A DNA stretch of 63,635 bases, filler included, from Myxococcota bacterium (GTDB taxonomy: Bacteria; Myxococcota_C; UBA6777), in assembly GCA_023150835.1 (NCBI GenBank). It is 4 parts of 4 records of this genome, joined end to end, with 100 filler letters (N's around TTAATTAATTAA, not from the genome) between each part and the next. Parts side by side here need not be neighbours in the genome. Positions count along the whole stretch, not along the records: positions 48,145 to 63,635 come from JAKLKB010000149.1; 3 more parts are not named here. One strand, given 5' to 3'. Every line of letters starts with the position of its first letter. The first letter of the stretch is position 1. The notes under the pieces were generated by a model. That model had not been told where the DNA came from. It did no database searches and saw nothing but the letters and a program-made list of their open reading frames with translations. Both the position numbers and the translations under genes were made by a program. Shown one piece after another: positions 52,963 through 63,635 of this stretch.

Positions 52963-53862
52963 TTAGATATCTTGGAGTTCGAGATCGCCTTTGGGTTCGG
53001 GGCGGAAGACGTTGACGGGGATCTTGAGGTAGCGGATGTTGTTTTCGTGGGGTTGGGGGAGTTTTCCTGCGTCGACGTTGACTTGGACGCTTTGGAAGAG
53101 GAGTTTGGGAGCGGCGAGGGACTTGTCGCGTTTGGTGCGGAATTCGACAAAGGTGGCTTCGTCGCGGTGGTAGGGGAGTTGGACGTTAGAGGCTTTTTCT
53201 GCGCCGATGGTGGATTCGTAGGCGAGAGGGCGGCCTCCGGGTTGATAATCGTGGCCGACAAAGACGCGGGTGTGATCGGGGAAACTGTACAAGCGCTCGT
53301 GGACGGAGTGGTAGAGGTCTTGTGCGCTGCCAGCGGGGAAGTCGCAACGACCTGTGCCCATGTCAGGCATAAACAGCGCATCACCCGTGAAGATCGCATC
53401 ACCAAACTTGTACGAAGCACAAGCAGGAGTGTGGCCGGGGGTAAAGATCACCTCGAAGCGTAGGCTTCCGGCCTCGACGACTTCGCGGTCTTTCAGTAGC
53501 CGATCGAATTGGCGACCGTCGGTGGGGAAGTCATCGGGAAGATCGAAGATCTTCTTAAAGGTCCGTTGTACCGTGGTGATGCGTTCACTGATGGCGATCT
53601 GGGCGTTGGGATAACGCTTTTTGAGGATCTGTGAACCCGAAAGGTGATCGGCATGGGCGTGGGTTTCGAGGATCATCCGCAGGCTCAGGTCTTTTTCTTT
53701 GAGGAAGTCAAGGACCGTTTCGACGGATTCTGTCCAGATGTGGGCGGCGGCGGGTTCGTAATCCAGTACAGGATCGATCACGAGAGCATCGTGTGTTTCG
53801 GGATCATAAACGGCGTAGGTGAGTGTATAAGTGCGGTTGTCGTAAAAAGCTTTGATCTGCAT
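52963..53862 (-). CDS. MBL-fold persulfide dioxygenase (ETHE1/Sdo/Blh-like)
   Basis: [35 protein letters not shown] motifs; AAGGAG SD. Confidence 0.9.
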   Translation of the reverse strand: MQIKAFYDNRTYTLTYAVYDPETHDALVIDPVLDYEPAAAHIWTESVETVLDFLKEKDLSLRMILETHAHADHLSGSQILKKRYPNAQIAISERITTVQRTFKKIFDLPDDFPTDGRQFDRLLKDREVVEAGSLRFEVIFTPGHTPACASYKFGDAIFTGDALFMPDMGTGRCDFPAGSAQDLYHSVHERLYSFPDHTRVFVGHDYQPGGRPLAYESTIGAEKASNVQLPYHRDEATFVEFRTKRDKSLAAPKLLFQSVQVNVDAGKLPQPHENNIRYLKIPVNVFRPEPKGDLELQDI

Positions 53863-53864
53863 CT

Positions 53865-55676
53865 TCATCTCCTTTTTTCTGAGAGTGAACGGTGACGAAA
53901 AGGGCATGGTGAGCAGCTCGACTTTAACAGCGCGCAAGCGTGTTGCAAGGCTTCGTCCTCGTCTGCAAACCAAGGGGATTGGTTTGAGAAAAGGTGTTCA
54001 AGTCCGATCTCTTGGGCAACACCGACGCGCTCAAAGATCTGTTGGGCATCTTTTCGTAGGCCTGCAAGCACCAGCCAGCGGTTGGTTTGGCGGAGCCGTT
54101 TGGCGGCGTCTTGGAATACGGTCGCGATGGTAAAGTCGAGACCTTGTGTGCGTTTCAGGCGAAGCAAAAGAACTTGCGTCTGCGGTCGGTTGATCTCTTC
54201 ATCCAGCAGGTGTTGTAGTTCGCCTTCGACACCAAAGAACAGACGCCCTTCGATCTCAAGGATGCGGATAGAAGGGCAGAGTGGGCGTTGCTCAAGAGAC
54301 TCCATCTCAAGGAAGCGGTGGTCGACATCCAAGGTGAGTGCGGTGAATACGAGAAATCGGGCCTTTCGCAAGAAAAGCACCACAGAGATCCCGACGCCAA
54401 GGTAGATGGCTTTGTCGAGTGGTATCAACCATGTACCAAACAGCGTCACAAGAAAAGCAGAGCGATCGGAGAGTCCACTTTGCATGACAGAGCGGATCTT
54501 TTGGAGATCGATCAAGTCGATGGCGATCACGATGATCAATCCAGCGATGGCGGCGAGGGGCATGTAGTTCGCAAGGGGACCCAAGGCCACAAGGATCAAC
54601 AGCATAAACAAGCCGCTCAAGATACCCGATAATCGGGTTTGTGCGCCGCTGCGATAGTTCAGGCCCGAACGTGCAGGGCTTCCGCTGACGGGATACCCTG
54701 TAGCTACGGATGCTGCGAGGTTGGCGAGTCCTTGCCCTACAAAGTCGGTGGACATCTCAAGGCGTTGACCTGTGTGGGTCGCAAGCGCCCGACCGACCGC
54801 GCTCGATTCGACAAGAGACAACACCGTACAGGCGATCGCAAGCGGTAGAAGTTGAACAACCAACCGCAGATCGGGCAAAGAGAACGCTGGAAGTCCACCG
54901 GGGATCGGTCGCAGATCCATCACCAGTTTGAGTCCGTAAGCGTGCAGATCCCATCGCAAAGAAAGCACCGTCGCAAGCACCGTCACGATCAATGGGCCCG
55001 GGATGGCCGTGTGGACGCGGCGAAGCCCAAAGATCAAAAGAGCAGAAGAGACAGCCATGATCACCGAAACAAGGCTGGTTTGAGGGATCTGCGTGATCCA
55101 CATCCCTAGTTTTTCAAAGAGCGTTCCGTGTCCGCCTTGGGTGGCGGTGATCACGGGAAGTTGACCGAGACCGATCAGCAAAGCGGCCCCTGTGATGTAG
55201 CCCAACACGACGGGCCTTGAGATGTAATCGACGACGGCTCCGAGCCCAAAGATCCCCGCCATCAACTGGAAAATCCCCGTCAAGAAAGCCAGCGTGACAG
55301 CGATCGTCACAGGGTCGATCCCTTGTAGGGCCAAGATGCCACCGCCCACAAGCAAGCTGACTGCGTTGGTTGGGCCTGTCACAACGTGGTGTGAGCTGCG
55401 AAACAGGCCACCGACCAGCGTTGGAAACGTCGATGCGTAAAGCCCCATTGCAGGGGGAAGTTGAGCGATCGCCGCATACGCGATACCTTGAGGAACCCCC
55501 AAGAACGTCACGACCGATGCTGCGACCACATCGCGCAGTAGATAAGCGCGCTTGTATTGTTTGAGATCGAGGAAGGCGAACCAATGAAGAAAAACCATCG
55601 TGTACTCAAATCCGACCGTGTAGAGACGACTCGTGAGAAAAGGTTGCGCGACCGATGCTCCGCGAACAAAGATCAT
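53865..55676 (-). CDS. SulP family anion permease with STAS domain (alternative start at 55598)
   Basis: PQGIAYA, GLY, GPT, GQGLAN, SGS..RS and C-terminal 'G.LFF' STAS motif. Confidence 0.92.
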   Translation of the reverse strand: MIFVRGASVAQPFLTSRLYTVGFEYTMVFLHWFAFLDLKQYKRAYLLRDVVAASVVTFLGVPQGIAYAAIAQLPPAMGLYASTFPTLVGGLFRSSHHVVTGPTNAVSLLVGGGILALQGIDPVTIAVTLAFLTGIFQLMAGIFGLGAVVDYISRPVVLGYITGAALLIGLGQLPVITATQGGHGTLFEKLGMWITQIPQTSLVSVIMAVSSALLIFGLRRVHTAIPGPLIVTVLATVLSLRWDLHAYGLKLVMDLRPIPGGLPAFSLPDLRLVVQLLPLAIACTVLSLVESSAVGRALATHTGQRLEMSTDFVGQGLANLAASVATGYPVSGSPARSGLNYRSGAQTRLSGILSGLFMLLILVALGPLANYMPLAAIAGLIIVIAIDLIDLQKIRSVMQSGLSDRSAFLVTLFGTWLIPLDKAIYLGVGISVVLFLRKARFLVFTALTLDVDHRFLEMESLEQRPLCPSIRILEIEGRLFFGVEGELQHLLDEEINRPQTQVLLLRLKRTQGLDFTIATVFQDAAKRLRQTNRWLVLAGLRKDAQQIFERVGVAQEIGLEHLFSNQSPWFADEDEALQHACALLKSSCSPCPFRHRSLSEKRR

Positions 55677-58606
55677 TTGTTGGAAGTTGGGGGGAAGGCT
55701 TGAAGGGGGGTGCTGTGAGCGGTCGGCTGTTGGGGCATCAAAGAAGGAGGAGAAGCGAAGACGAGAGGGACGACTTCTTCGTAGTGTTCGACAAAGTAGG
55801 CAGTGAGTTTGGCGCGGATATGTTCGGGGACTTCGCCGTAGTCGAGTTGGTTTTGTTTGGGCAAGATCACGACGCGCACGCCTGCGGAAGCAGCGGCCAC
55901 CACTTTTTCGCGGATGCCGCCCACAGGCAGGACATCGCCCATCAAGGTGATCTCGCCCGTCATGGCGGTGTCTCCGCGTGGGGGCGAGCCTTGTGTGCTA
56001 AGCAAAGACAGTAGGGCTGTGGTGATGGTAATGCCTGCGGAGGGTCCGTCTTTGGGGACGGCTCCTGCGGGGACGTGGAGATGGATATCGGTTTGTTTGA
56101 GTTGGTCGAGATCGATCGCAAAGCGTGCGGCTTGGGATTTGAGATAGGAGAGGGCGATGCGTGCGGACTCGGTCATCACTTCACCGAGGCGGCCCGTCAC
56201 TTCGACGCGGCCTGTGCCTTGGAAGCGGGTGGTTTCAAAAAACAAGATATCGCCGCCCACAGGGGTCCACGCAAGGCCGACGGCACTTCCGACGCGGGTG
56301 GGGCGTCCCTCAAGGCGCGAACCTTGATGGCGAGGCGGCCCAAGATAGCGCTCGATATTGCTTTTTTGGATGATCGCGTGTTTGGGATGCGGGTGTTCGT
56401 CACCTTGTTGTTCGGCGATGCGGATCGCGACCTTGCGCACGATCTGGGCGATCTCGCGGTTGAGGTTGCGGACGCCGGCTTCGCGGGTGTAATGCTTGAT
56501 GATCTCCTGAAACGTGGGTGCAGCGATCCGCACCGCTCCTTTGGCCAGTCCGTGATCTTCGATTTGTCGAGGCAAGAGATAACGGCGAGCGATCTCGACT
56601 TTTTCTTCGGGGATGTAGCCCGGGATCTCGATGACTTCCATGCGATCGAGTAGAGCGGCGGGGATGGCGTCGCGGTCATTGGCGGTCGCAAGAAACATCA
56701 CCCGCGAAAGATCGAAGGGAACATCAAGGTAATGATCGAGATACTTGTGGTTTTGCGCGGGATCGAGGACTTCAAGCAGCGCAGAGGCTGGATCGCCGCG
56801 CCAGTCTTTGCCGATCTTGTCGATCTCGTCCAACATAAACACAGGGTTGTTGCTTCCGACGCGGGCAAGTCCTTGTAAGAGTTTCCCGGGCATCGCTCCC
56901 AGATAAGTGCGCCGATGTCCTTTGATCTCCGCTTCATCGCGCATCCCACCAAGCGAGAAGCGAAAGAACTTTCGCCCCATCGCTCGCGCAATCGATTGTC
57001 CAAGCGAGGTCTTGCCGACACCGGGCGGACCGCTCAAACACAAGATCGCACCGCGCTGATCGGGCTTGAGCTTTCGCACCGCTAAAAATTCAAGGATGCG
57101 TTCTTTGACGCGATCAAGGCCAAAGTGGTCCTGATCGAGGATTCGTCGCGCTTGTCGGATGTTGAGCTTGTCTTTGTCCTCGCGTGACCAAGGCAGATCG
57201 CAGAGCCAATCGAGATAGGTGCGGATCATATTGTACTCCCCAGCCTCGGGAGGTAAGACCCGCAGACGACGTAGCTCTTGCTCTGCGCGTTTTCGCGCAT
57301 CTTCGGGCATCTTGGCTTCTTCGATCCGCTTGGCGTATTTTTCTCCGTCCAGTTCTTTTTCGTCGCGCTGTTCGCCCAATTCGCGTTGGATGATCTTGAG
57401 TTGTTCGCGCAAAAGATACTCGCGTTGCTGTGCTTCGGTGCGTTCTTGAAGCTCTTCGCGCAGTTTCTTTTGAAGGCGGATCATCTCAACTTCTTTAAGC
57501 AAAAAGCTTAGGGCGTTTTCGAGGCGTTTGCGCACAGACAGCGTCTCAAGGAATTCTTGTCGTGCGTGAAATTCTTGGAGAAAGTGGGAGGCCACAAAGT
57601 CGGCAAGGCGGGTGGGAGACTCGATGCCTCGGATCACTTGATCAAATTCGTCGGGCAAGTTGGGCGAGAGTTTGACGACTTCTTCGAGGCTTTGGCGGAT
57701 GCTACGGGAGAGGGCTTCGAGGGTGCTTTGATCGCCTTCTTGGATCTCATCCTCAAGCAAGGAGACACGTGCGATTACAAAAGGCTGCGTGCGGATCGTT
57801 TTGACGATGCGGCAGCGGCGGATCACTTGAAGCAGTGCGGTCATCACCCCGTTGGGAAGTTGCATCACTTGCATCAAACGTGCGACCGTTCCGACAGGAT
57901 GGAGTTCGTGGGGACCCGTCACTGTGGGGGTCTCTTCGGACGGTGGTTTTTTTCGCGCAAAGATGGCGAGAAATCGTTGCTGCTCGGCTTGGGTGATGAT
58001 ATCTCGCAACGGGCCTTGAGGAAGGGCGATCGGCAAGATCATACCGGGAAAAAGAACTTCTTCGCTCAGAGGCAACACAAACAGATTGCTCGGCGGCTGT
58101 TCCGCAGGAACCACCGAACGCGGAGGCTCCAGCAGCTCGCCGTCTTCGTCTACTTCAAGCGGCAGATCCTCTCGCGTGTGCCATCCTGCCGAACTATGGC
58201 GCATCGACGGATCGAGGATCTCGGCCTCAACGAGATCTTCGTTGGATATCTCGACTTGCTTCTCGGACGCCGACGCTACGGTCTCTGCGGGCGGATGGGA
58301 TGTGCCTTGTGCGGGCGGATGGGACGTGCCTTGTGCGGGCGGATGTGACGTGTCTTGTGTGGGCGGATGTGACGTGTCTTGTGTGGCGAAGTTCGCGCTT
58401 TCTTCGGCGGGTGGGTGCGTGACATCAAATATCTGTAGGTCTTCGGTGGGATTGTTCTCGGGCAGTCCTTGTGGATGCGGCAGATCCTGTACATCGTGGT
58501 GTGTCTTTGATGCTTTGGGAGATCTGCGTTTGGTTTTTTCTGTTGGGGAGGCCGATGTTGTCGAGGTGTCTTGTGGGAGGGCGTCGCTGTTTTTTTTCTT
58601 CGCCAT
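55673..58606 (-). CDS. lon: ATP-dependent Lon protease with acidic N-terminal extension
   Basis: GPPGVGKTS, LDEIDK, PKDGPSAG catalytic Ser and GGIREK. Confidence 0.96.
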   Translation of the reverse strand: MAKKKNSDALPQDTSTTSASPTEKTKRRSPKASKTHHDVQDLPHPQGLPENNPTEDLQIFDVTHPPAEESANFATQDTSHPPTQDTSHPPAQGTSHPPAQGTSHPPAETVASASEKQVEISNEDLVEAEILDPSMRHSSAGWHTREDLPLEVDEDGELLEPPRSVVPAEQPPSNLFVLPLSEEVLFPGMILPIALPQGPLRDIITQAEQQRFLAIFARKKPPSEETPTVTGPHELHPVGTVARLMQVMQLPNGVMTALLQVIRRCRIVKTIRTQPFVIARVSLLEDEIQEGDQSTLEALSRSIRQSLEEVVKLSPNLPDEFDQVIRGIESPTRLADFVASHFLQEFHARQEFLETLSVRKRLENALSFLLKEVEMIRLQKKLREELQERTEAQQREYLLREQLKIIQRELGEQRDEKELDGEKYAKRIEEAKMPEDARKRAEQELRRLRVLPPEAGEYNMIRTYLDWLCDLPWSREDKDKLNIRQARRILDQDHFGLDRVKERILEFLAVRKLKPDQRGAILCLSGPPGVGKTSLGQSIARAMGRKFFRFSLGGMRDEAEIKGHRRTYLGAMPGKLLQGLARVGSNNPVFMLDEIDKIGKDWRGDPASALLEVLDPAQNHKYLDHYLDVPFDLSRVMFLATANDRDAIPAALLDRMEVIEIPGYIPEEKVEIARRYLLPRQIEDHGLAKGAVRIAAPTFQEIIKHYTREAGVRNLNREIAQIVRKVAIRIAEQQGDEHPHPKHAIIQKSNIERYLGPPRHQGSRLEGRPTRVGSAVGLAWTPVGGDILFFETTRFQGTGRVEVTGRLGEVMTESARIALSYLKSQAARFAIDLDQLKQTDIHLHVPAGAVPKDGPSAGITITTALLSLLSTQGSPPRGDTAMTGEITLMGDVLPVGGIREKVVAAASAGVRVVILPKQNQLDYGEVPEHIRAKLTAYFVEHYEEVVPLVFASPPSLMPQQPTAHSTPLQAFPPTSNK

Positions 58607-58847
58607 GCGAAATCCTTTTGGGTATGAGGTGTGACATCCGTTTGGTGCGTTGAGCGGCGCAAAAGAGAACGCGGTTTGGATGCTCGAAATCGGCGTGTCT
58701 TCGGCGAGACAAGACGATCTAACCACCCTCGCACAGTAGGCAAGCGAACAGGATTGTTGTACAAGGTGGATTCGCGCCGTTGGATGGACAGGTTGCGCCT
58801 CTTCGTGAGATAGTCAAGCGAAAAAGGGTTGTTGCGAGAAGGATGGA

Positions 58848-60551
58848 ATGTTGGAAACCACGCACGCATTGGATGGAGATCCTTTAGGAAGCGAATCGTT
58901 GCCTGTGGAGGTGACGTTTCTTGGGGGCTTAGAAGAGGTGGGGATGAATGCCACGCTGATGTCGTGCGGGGAGCAGCGCGTCTTGGTAGATTGCGGGGCG
59001 GGGTTTCCCGATCCTGCGTATGCACCGGGCGCTCAGCAGACACACCCTTCTTTTGAGAGCTTACGAAAAGCGGGAGAGACGCTTACGGGGATCGTCTTGA
59101 CGCATGGTCACGAGGATCATATCGGTGCGGTGGCGCAGTTGTTGGAGTGGTTGGAGGGGCCGATCTACGGCACAGCGTTCACCATCAGCCTCGTCGCCTC
59201 CAAGCTTTCGGAGCGAGGGTTCCGCCCCGAGTTTCACATCGTACAGCCCGGAAAACGCTACATGATCGGGGCATTTTGTTTCGAGTGGGTGTTGGTTCCG
59301 CACAGTATCCCGGGAGCTTGCGCGTTGGTGATCGATACGCCTCAAGGCCGCATCGTCCATGCAGGGGATCTTAAGATGGATCTGTCTGCACCCAACCACA
59401 AAGGCGGCGGTGTGTTTTCGCGCTTTGGGGCTTTGGGCGAAGAAGGGGTGGATCTGTTGTTGTTGGAAAGCACCAACGTCTATGTGCGGGGGTTTGCACC
59501 AAGTGAAGCGGGGCTGGTCGAATCCTTCGAGAAGCTTTTTGCCCAAGCCAAGGGGCGGATCTTTCTCGTGACATTTGCGAGCCATGTCGAACGGATGAGC
59601 CTTGCGATCCAAGCCGCCCGAAAAACAGGGCGTAAAGTGGTGATGGCGGGTTCAGGCATCGAACGCAGCTTGCAGATCGCACGAGAGCTTGGCTATCTGC
59701 ATCTTTTGGAGCGTGAGATCGTCTCGATCGAAGAGGCGCAAAAACTCGCGCCAGAGCGGGTCTTGGTGTTGGCAACAGGCTCACAGGGCGAGCCGATGGC
59801 AACGATGGCGCGCCTTGCACGAGACGAGATGCCGCCGCTGCGGATCCTCTCGGGAGATACGATCTTTTGGTCTGCTCGTTGGGTTCCCGGCAACGAGAAT
59901 GTGATCTCCTACATCCAAGATCAGCTTCTCTCTCGTGGAGCCGAGATATTGGACCCACCTCTCTACAACGTCCACGTTTCTGGGCACGGTTTTCGCGGGG
60001 ATCTGCAACTGGCGATCAAGCTGTTGCGCCCACGCGCTTTGGTGCCGATACACGGGCAGCAGCGGTTCTTGTTGGAGCATCGCAAGCTTGCCATCGAAAC
60101 AGGCATGGCGCAGGAAGATGTGTTGGTTTGTCGAAACGGCGAGCGTTTGCGTTTGTTCGAGCGGCGTGTCGAGCGGGCCGGCTTTGCAGAATGGGAGATG
60201 TTGTATCGTGGGCATCCTGCCGCACCACCTTTGGGCGTCGATATCTTGCGGCAGCGGCGGCATTTGGCGCGAGATGGCTTGTTGGTGGTCTCTTCCGTCC
60301 TCAATCAAAAAGGCGCTCTTGTCGGCGATATGTTGATCGAGTGCTTGGGCGTGAGCGCTTCACCCTCCCAGCTCTATGAAGAGTGGCCGGCCCTTTTGGT
60401 CGATGCCTTCGAGCAGATCCCCCTCACTCTACGCAGCAACCTCGACGCCGTTTCTCAGTCCCTCAAACGCGCCTTGCGACAACACCTCCGAAATCAAGAG
60501 ATCTCTCCCCAAGTTCTCGTGATCCTTCAACAGCTACGCAACACGGACTGA
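58848..60551 (+). CDS. rnj: Ribonuclease J
   Basis: GGLEEVGMN, THGHEDHIGA, TGSQGEP, HVSGH and PIHG motifs. Confidence 0.93.
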   Translation: MLETTHALDGDPLGSESLPVEVTFLGGLEEVGMNATLMSCGEQRVLVDCGAGFPDPAYAPGAQQTHPSFESLRKAGETLTGIVLTHGHEDHIGAVAQLLEWLEGPIYGTAFTISLVASKLSERGFRPEFHIVQPGKRYMIGAFCFEWVLVPHSIPGACALVIDTPQGRIVHAGDLKMDLSAPNHKGGGVFSRFGALGEEGVDLLLLESTNVYVRGFAPSEAGLVESFEKLFAQAKGRIFLVTFASHVERMSLAIQAARKTGRKVVMAGSGIERSLQIARELGYLHLLEREIVSIEEAQKLAPERVLVLATGSQGEPMATMARLARDEMPPLRILSGDTIFWSARWVPGNENVISYIQDQLLSRGAEILDPPLYNVHVSGHGFRGDLQLAIKLLRPRALVPIHGQQRFLLEHRKLAIETGMAQEDVLVCRNGERLRLFERRVERAGFAEWEMLYRGHPAAPPLGVDILRQRRHLARDGLLVVSSVLNQKGALVGDMLIECLGVSASPSQLYEEWPALLVDAFEQIPLTLRSNLDAVSQSLKRALRQHLRNQEISPQVLVILQQLRNTD

Positions 60552-60597
60552 CGCGGACATAGGCGGAGGGACGCGAACACGGGGGGTTTTGACGGTA

Positions 60598-60726
60598 TCG
60601 TACGATATCCGAAAGATGTGTGATCGAAGGGGCGGCTCGATCCGCTGTAACTGCCCAATAATAGGGCAGCCACAGGGGGGCTGCCCCTACATCTTCACGA
60701 TTACACAATAGGCGGATTTCGTATCA
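60598..60726. mobile_element. MITE-like element with GTAG-REP
   Basis: TCGTACGATATCC ... GGGCAGCCACAGGGGGGCTGCCCCTAC (60664) ... GGATTTCGTATCA. Confidence 0.6.
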
Positions 60727-60751
60727 CTCCTATGGAAAGAAAGGCGTCAAG

Positions 60752-62623
60752 GTGATGGAGCGAGCGGATACGCTTCGAGAGTTGTTGCATCCGTTGGAGA
60801 GGTTTGTTTCTGCGGATGTTTGTGCGGCGGAGTCTTTGGAGCGTGTCTGCGAGATATCGCCGCCGACGTATCTTTACGAAGGGGACGATCCCAACGATGT
60901 GTCCGAAGGATCGGGAGCAAAAAAACGGTTGTGGTTGCCGCGTACGGTGTTTGTCGAACAGATCGCTCGGGGGTTGATGCGGCAGTTGCAAGAAGGCGAG
61001 ATGGCTCCATCAGAAGGCAAGATGTTTGGGGTGTTGTTGGTACGCGATGCTGCGGGAAAACTGGGCGTATTGAAGGCGTTCTCTGGGCTTTGGCAAGGCG
61101 ATGATCGGCGGAAGGGTTGGGTTCCACCGATCCCGGGGCGCGAAGAAGTTGCACAAGAAGAACAAGCGACCATCGCTGCGCTGAACGAGATGAAAGCACG
61201 TCTGATCGAACTGGCGGATCTGCCTGTGCGTGCGGAGCTTGCGCAACAGCAGGCTGCGTATGTCGCTGAAGTGGCCGAAAAACGGGCTGTGTTGAAGCAG
61301 CAAAAACAGATCCGCGATCAACAACGGGCTTTGTGGGGGGAGGGCGCGGAGGCTTCGTGGGTGGAAGAGCAGATGCGCCTTTTGGAGCAACAAAGCCGCA
61401 GCCAAAAACAAGCTTTGCGTGCATGGATGCAGTCGCAAGAAGAGGCGTTGTCACCGCTGCGACAGGCCGTTTTCGAGGCCGATGCAGAGATGCAACGTCT
61501 CAAACAAGCACGCAAGCATCGTTCAAGAACCTTACAAGATCGGATGTATGGGGCGTATCGCATCGCAAACTTCTCGGGGCGCGCTCGACCCTTGGAAGCC
61601 TTCTTTTCAGAAGGGCGCTTGCCCACAGGGACGGGGGATTGTTGCGCTCCGAAGCTACTGCATCTCGCGGCGACTCACCGATTGCGCCCCTTGGGACTGG
61701 CCGAGTTTTGGTGGGGGCCTTCCTTGCCGAACGGAAGTCGCGTCTCTGGCGAATTTTACGGCGCTTGTGCAGAGCGTTGCCAACCCATCATGGGCTTTTT
61801 GCTTTCAGGTCTTACTCCCCCCCAAAACAACCAAGAAGAACACTCGCCGCAGGTACAGATCCCCTCGCCACATCTGAATTCTACCGTATCGTTAGAAACA
61901 CACACGCCGCAGGCGCGGACCATTTCGCAGCATCACGGCTCCGCCGCTTTGCTAGAAACATACACGCCGCAGATGCAGACACTCGCGCAACGCCTCGGGT
62001 GTTCGGTCTTGTACGAAGATGCGCATTTGTTGGTGGTGGACAAGCCAGCGGGTTTGTTGTCAGTCCCGGGGCGTACACAAGCACAGCAGGAAAGTGTGTT
62101 GGGGCGTTTGTGGTTGCAGGCGAAGCATGGGGCGTATTATGCGGCGGTGCATCGCCTTGATGCGCTGACTTCGGGGATCTTGGTGTTTACGCGAGAGATC
62201 GCGGTACACAGCGCCTTGCAGCGGCAGTTTCAGCAACGGAGTGTTGAAAAGCGTTATGAGGCTTTGTTGTCTCACCCGTTAGAGCAAGAAGAAGGTGTGA
62301 TCGAACTTCCGCTGTGGGGAGATCCTGCGCAGCGCCCGTTGCAGCGCGTGGATTGGCTGCGAGGAAAGCCCGCTCGCACACGTTATCGCCTTCTTTGCTT
62401 GGAAGCAGAAGGCTGTCGGGTGGCTTTTTTCCCTGAAACGGGGCGCACACATCAGATCCGCGTTCATTCGGCTGATCCTGCGGGTCTTCACGCGCCGATT
62501 TGTGGCGATCCGTTGTACGGTGGACCTCCTGCACAACGTCTTTTTCTTCATGCTTGTGCGATCTCTTTTGTTCATCCAGTCACCCACGTTGTGCTGTCTT
62601 TGAGCAGCCCCGCTCCTTTTTGA
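60752..62623 (+). CDS. RluA-family pseudouridine synthase, long form with N-terminal extension
   Basis: KPAGLLSVPG, HRLD..TSG, TGRTHQIRVH, GD.LYG; N-terminal GKMFGVL and G.GDCCAPKLL...G.FY..C...C. Confidence 0.9.
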   Translation: MMERADTLRELLHPLERFVSADVCAAESLERVCEISPPTYLYEGDDPNDVSEGSGAKKRLWLPRTVFVEQIARGLMRQLQEGEMAPSEGKMFGVLLVRDAAGKLGVLKAFSGLWQGDDRRKGWVPPIPGREEVAQEEQATIAALNEMKARLIELADLPVRAELAQQQAAYVAEVAEKRAVLKQQKQIRDQQRALWGEGAEASWVEEQMRLLEQQSRSQKQALRAWMQSQEEALSPLRQAVFEADAEMQRLKQARKHRSRTLQDRMYGAYRIANFSGRARPLEAFFSEGRLPTGTGDCCAPKLLHLAATHRLRPLGLAEFWWGPSLPNGSRVSGEFYGACAERCQPIMGFLLSGLTPPQNNQEEHSPQVQIPSPHLNSTVSLETHTPQARTISQHHGSAALLETYTPQMQTLAQRLGCSVLYEDAHLLVVDKPAGLLSVPGRTQAQQESVLGRLWLQAKHGAYYAAVHRLDALTSGILVFTREIAVHSALQRQFQQRSVEKRYEALLSHPLEQEEGVIELPLWGDPAQRPLQRVDWLRGKPARTRYRLLCLEAEGCRVAFFPETGRTHQIRVHSADPAGLHAPICGDPLYGGPPAQRLFLHACAISFVHPVTHVVLSLSSPAPF

Positions 62624-62779
62624 GGAGAACTCGATCGCGCCTTGTTTCCTGCGTGTGTTGCGGCTATCCTGCGGATATCGTGCGTGTTTCTTTCCTCTGG
62701 ATGGGGCGTACGCAGTGGATAAAAACCCGTGTTTGCGCTGTTTCAAGCGAGAGAGTCGTTGGTGTGAAAAACCGTTCAA

Positions 62780-63250
62780 TCAGCGACCTCACGTTGTCCA
62801 TGCCTATGGTATCGACAGCGAAGGCGGAGCCAATGCAGAACTCGCCGATAGCCCGCGCACTTTGCAGTGTTCTTTGCCCCCGCTCCAAGGGGTAAAGCGC
62901 TTGCTTTCTGATCCAAAGACTTTTGAGACGTGGGGCTTTTCGTTGTTTTGGGATGTCTTGCCTGCGCCTGATAGCGCCTTTGCGAGCCTCCCCGTAGGCG
63001 AACCGCTACCAAGCAAACCACAACTGGTTCGTGCAGACGATCAAAAGCCCCATGTTTGGCTGATCGATGGCGTGTATCGCCGCCATGTCGCTTCGATGAA
63101 GATCTTGTTGAAAACTCTCCCGACACAGGAACGCCCCGTCGCCCGCCTGTGCAGGGCTGTGGATGTCGAGCTGCTTCGTCTCCCTCCTTTTCTTCTGGTT
63201 TGTTTTGGCTCGCTTTGTTTGTTCTAGGCTATCGGCGAAAAAGGCGGTAG
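62780..63250 (+). pseudogene. Frameshifted C-terminal remnant of a MYXO-CTERM-anchored protein
   Basis: Protein-like segment (HVVHAYGIDS...VWLIDGVYRRHV) in one frame and a GCGC-hydrophobic-RRKRR tail in another; no credible start. Confidence 0.6.
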
Positions 63251-63376
63251 TCTTCTCGCTTTGTGTCTTTTCTGTGGAGTACAAATCGCGTCACGCTCAC
63301 CCCGTCGCTTTGCGACGCCCCTCTCTCTGCGACGCTCGCTTTATGACAAACGTGCGGTGGCTCGGCAAGAATAGAC

Positions 63377-63635
63377 GATAAGAAGCCTCTGGTTTGTGAT
63401 AAGAAGCCTCTGATTTGTGATAAGAAGCCTCTGGTTTGTGATAAGAAGCCTCTGGTTTGTGATAAGAAGCCTCTGGTTTGTGACAAGAAGCCTCTGATTT
63501 GTGATAAGAAGCCTCTGGTTTGTGATAAGAAGCCTCTGGTTTGTGATAAGAAGCCTCTGGTTTGTGATAAGAAGCCTCTGGTTTGTGATAAGAAGCCTCT
63601 GGTTTGTGATAAGAAGCCTCTGGTTTGTGATAAGA
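63377..63635. repeat. 21-bp tandem repeat (GATAAGAAGCCTCTGGTTTGT), about 12 copies to the contig end
   Basis: Direct inspection; only a few single-base variants. Confidence 0.97.

Noticed and set aside
63377..63635. CRISPR array or ORF 63229-63486
   Set aside because: It is a simple 21-bp tandem repeat, and the ORF is a by-product of it.

Overview
The window is four contigs (1-16199, 16300-32348, 32449-48044, 48145-63635) joined by artificial N-TTAATTAATTAA-N linkers, so gene order across linkers is meaningless. The organism is most likely a Myxococcota bacterium: there are two MYXO-CTERM tails, giant Cys-rich surface proteins and a membrane Ser/Thr kinase. Housekeeping genes include metH, eno, lon, rnj, dacB, an MltD-like transglycosylase, RluA, an M42 peptidase, SulP and a persulfide dioxygenase. 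Accessory content includes a decayed Zorya-like zorB'-zorC pair, an Rpn (PD-(D/E)XK) gene with a strong internal in-frame SD/ATG plus a fragmentary second copy, a SNF2-SWIM-kinase operon followed by a C5 methyltransferase, and a TPR-fused alpha-2-macroglobulin with no CxEQ thioester motif. Intergenic DNA is dense in repeats: a MITE-like element with 13-bp inverted termini enclosing GTAG-type REP hairpins, other dispersed palindromic families, and several tandem arrays. No CRISPR array, tRNA or rRNA was recognised. All calls come from reading motifs by eye; no database searches were run.
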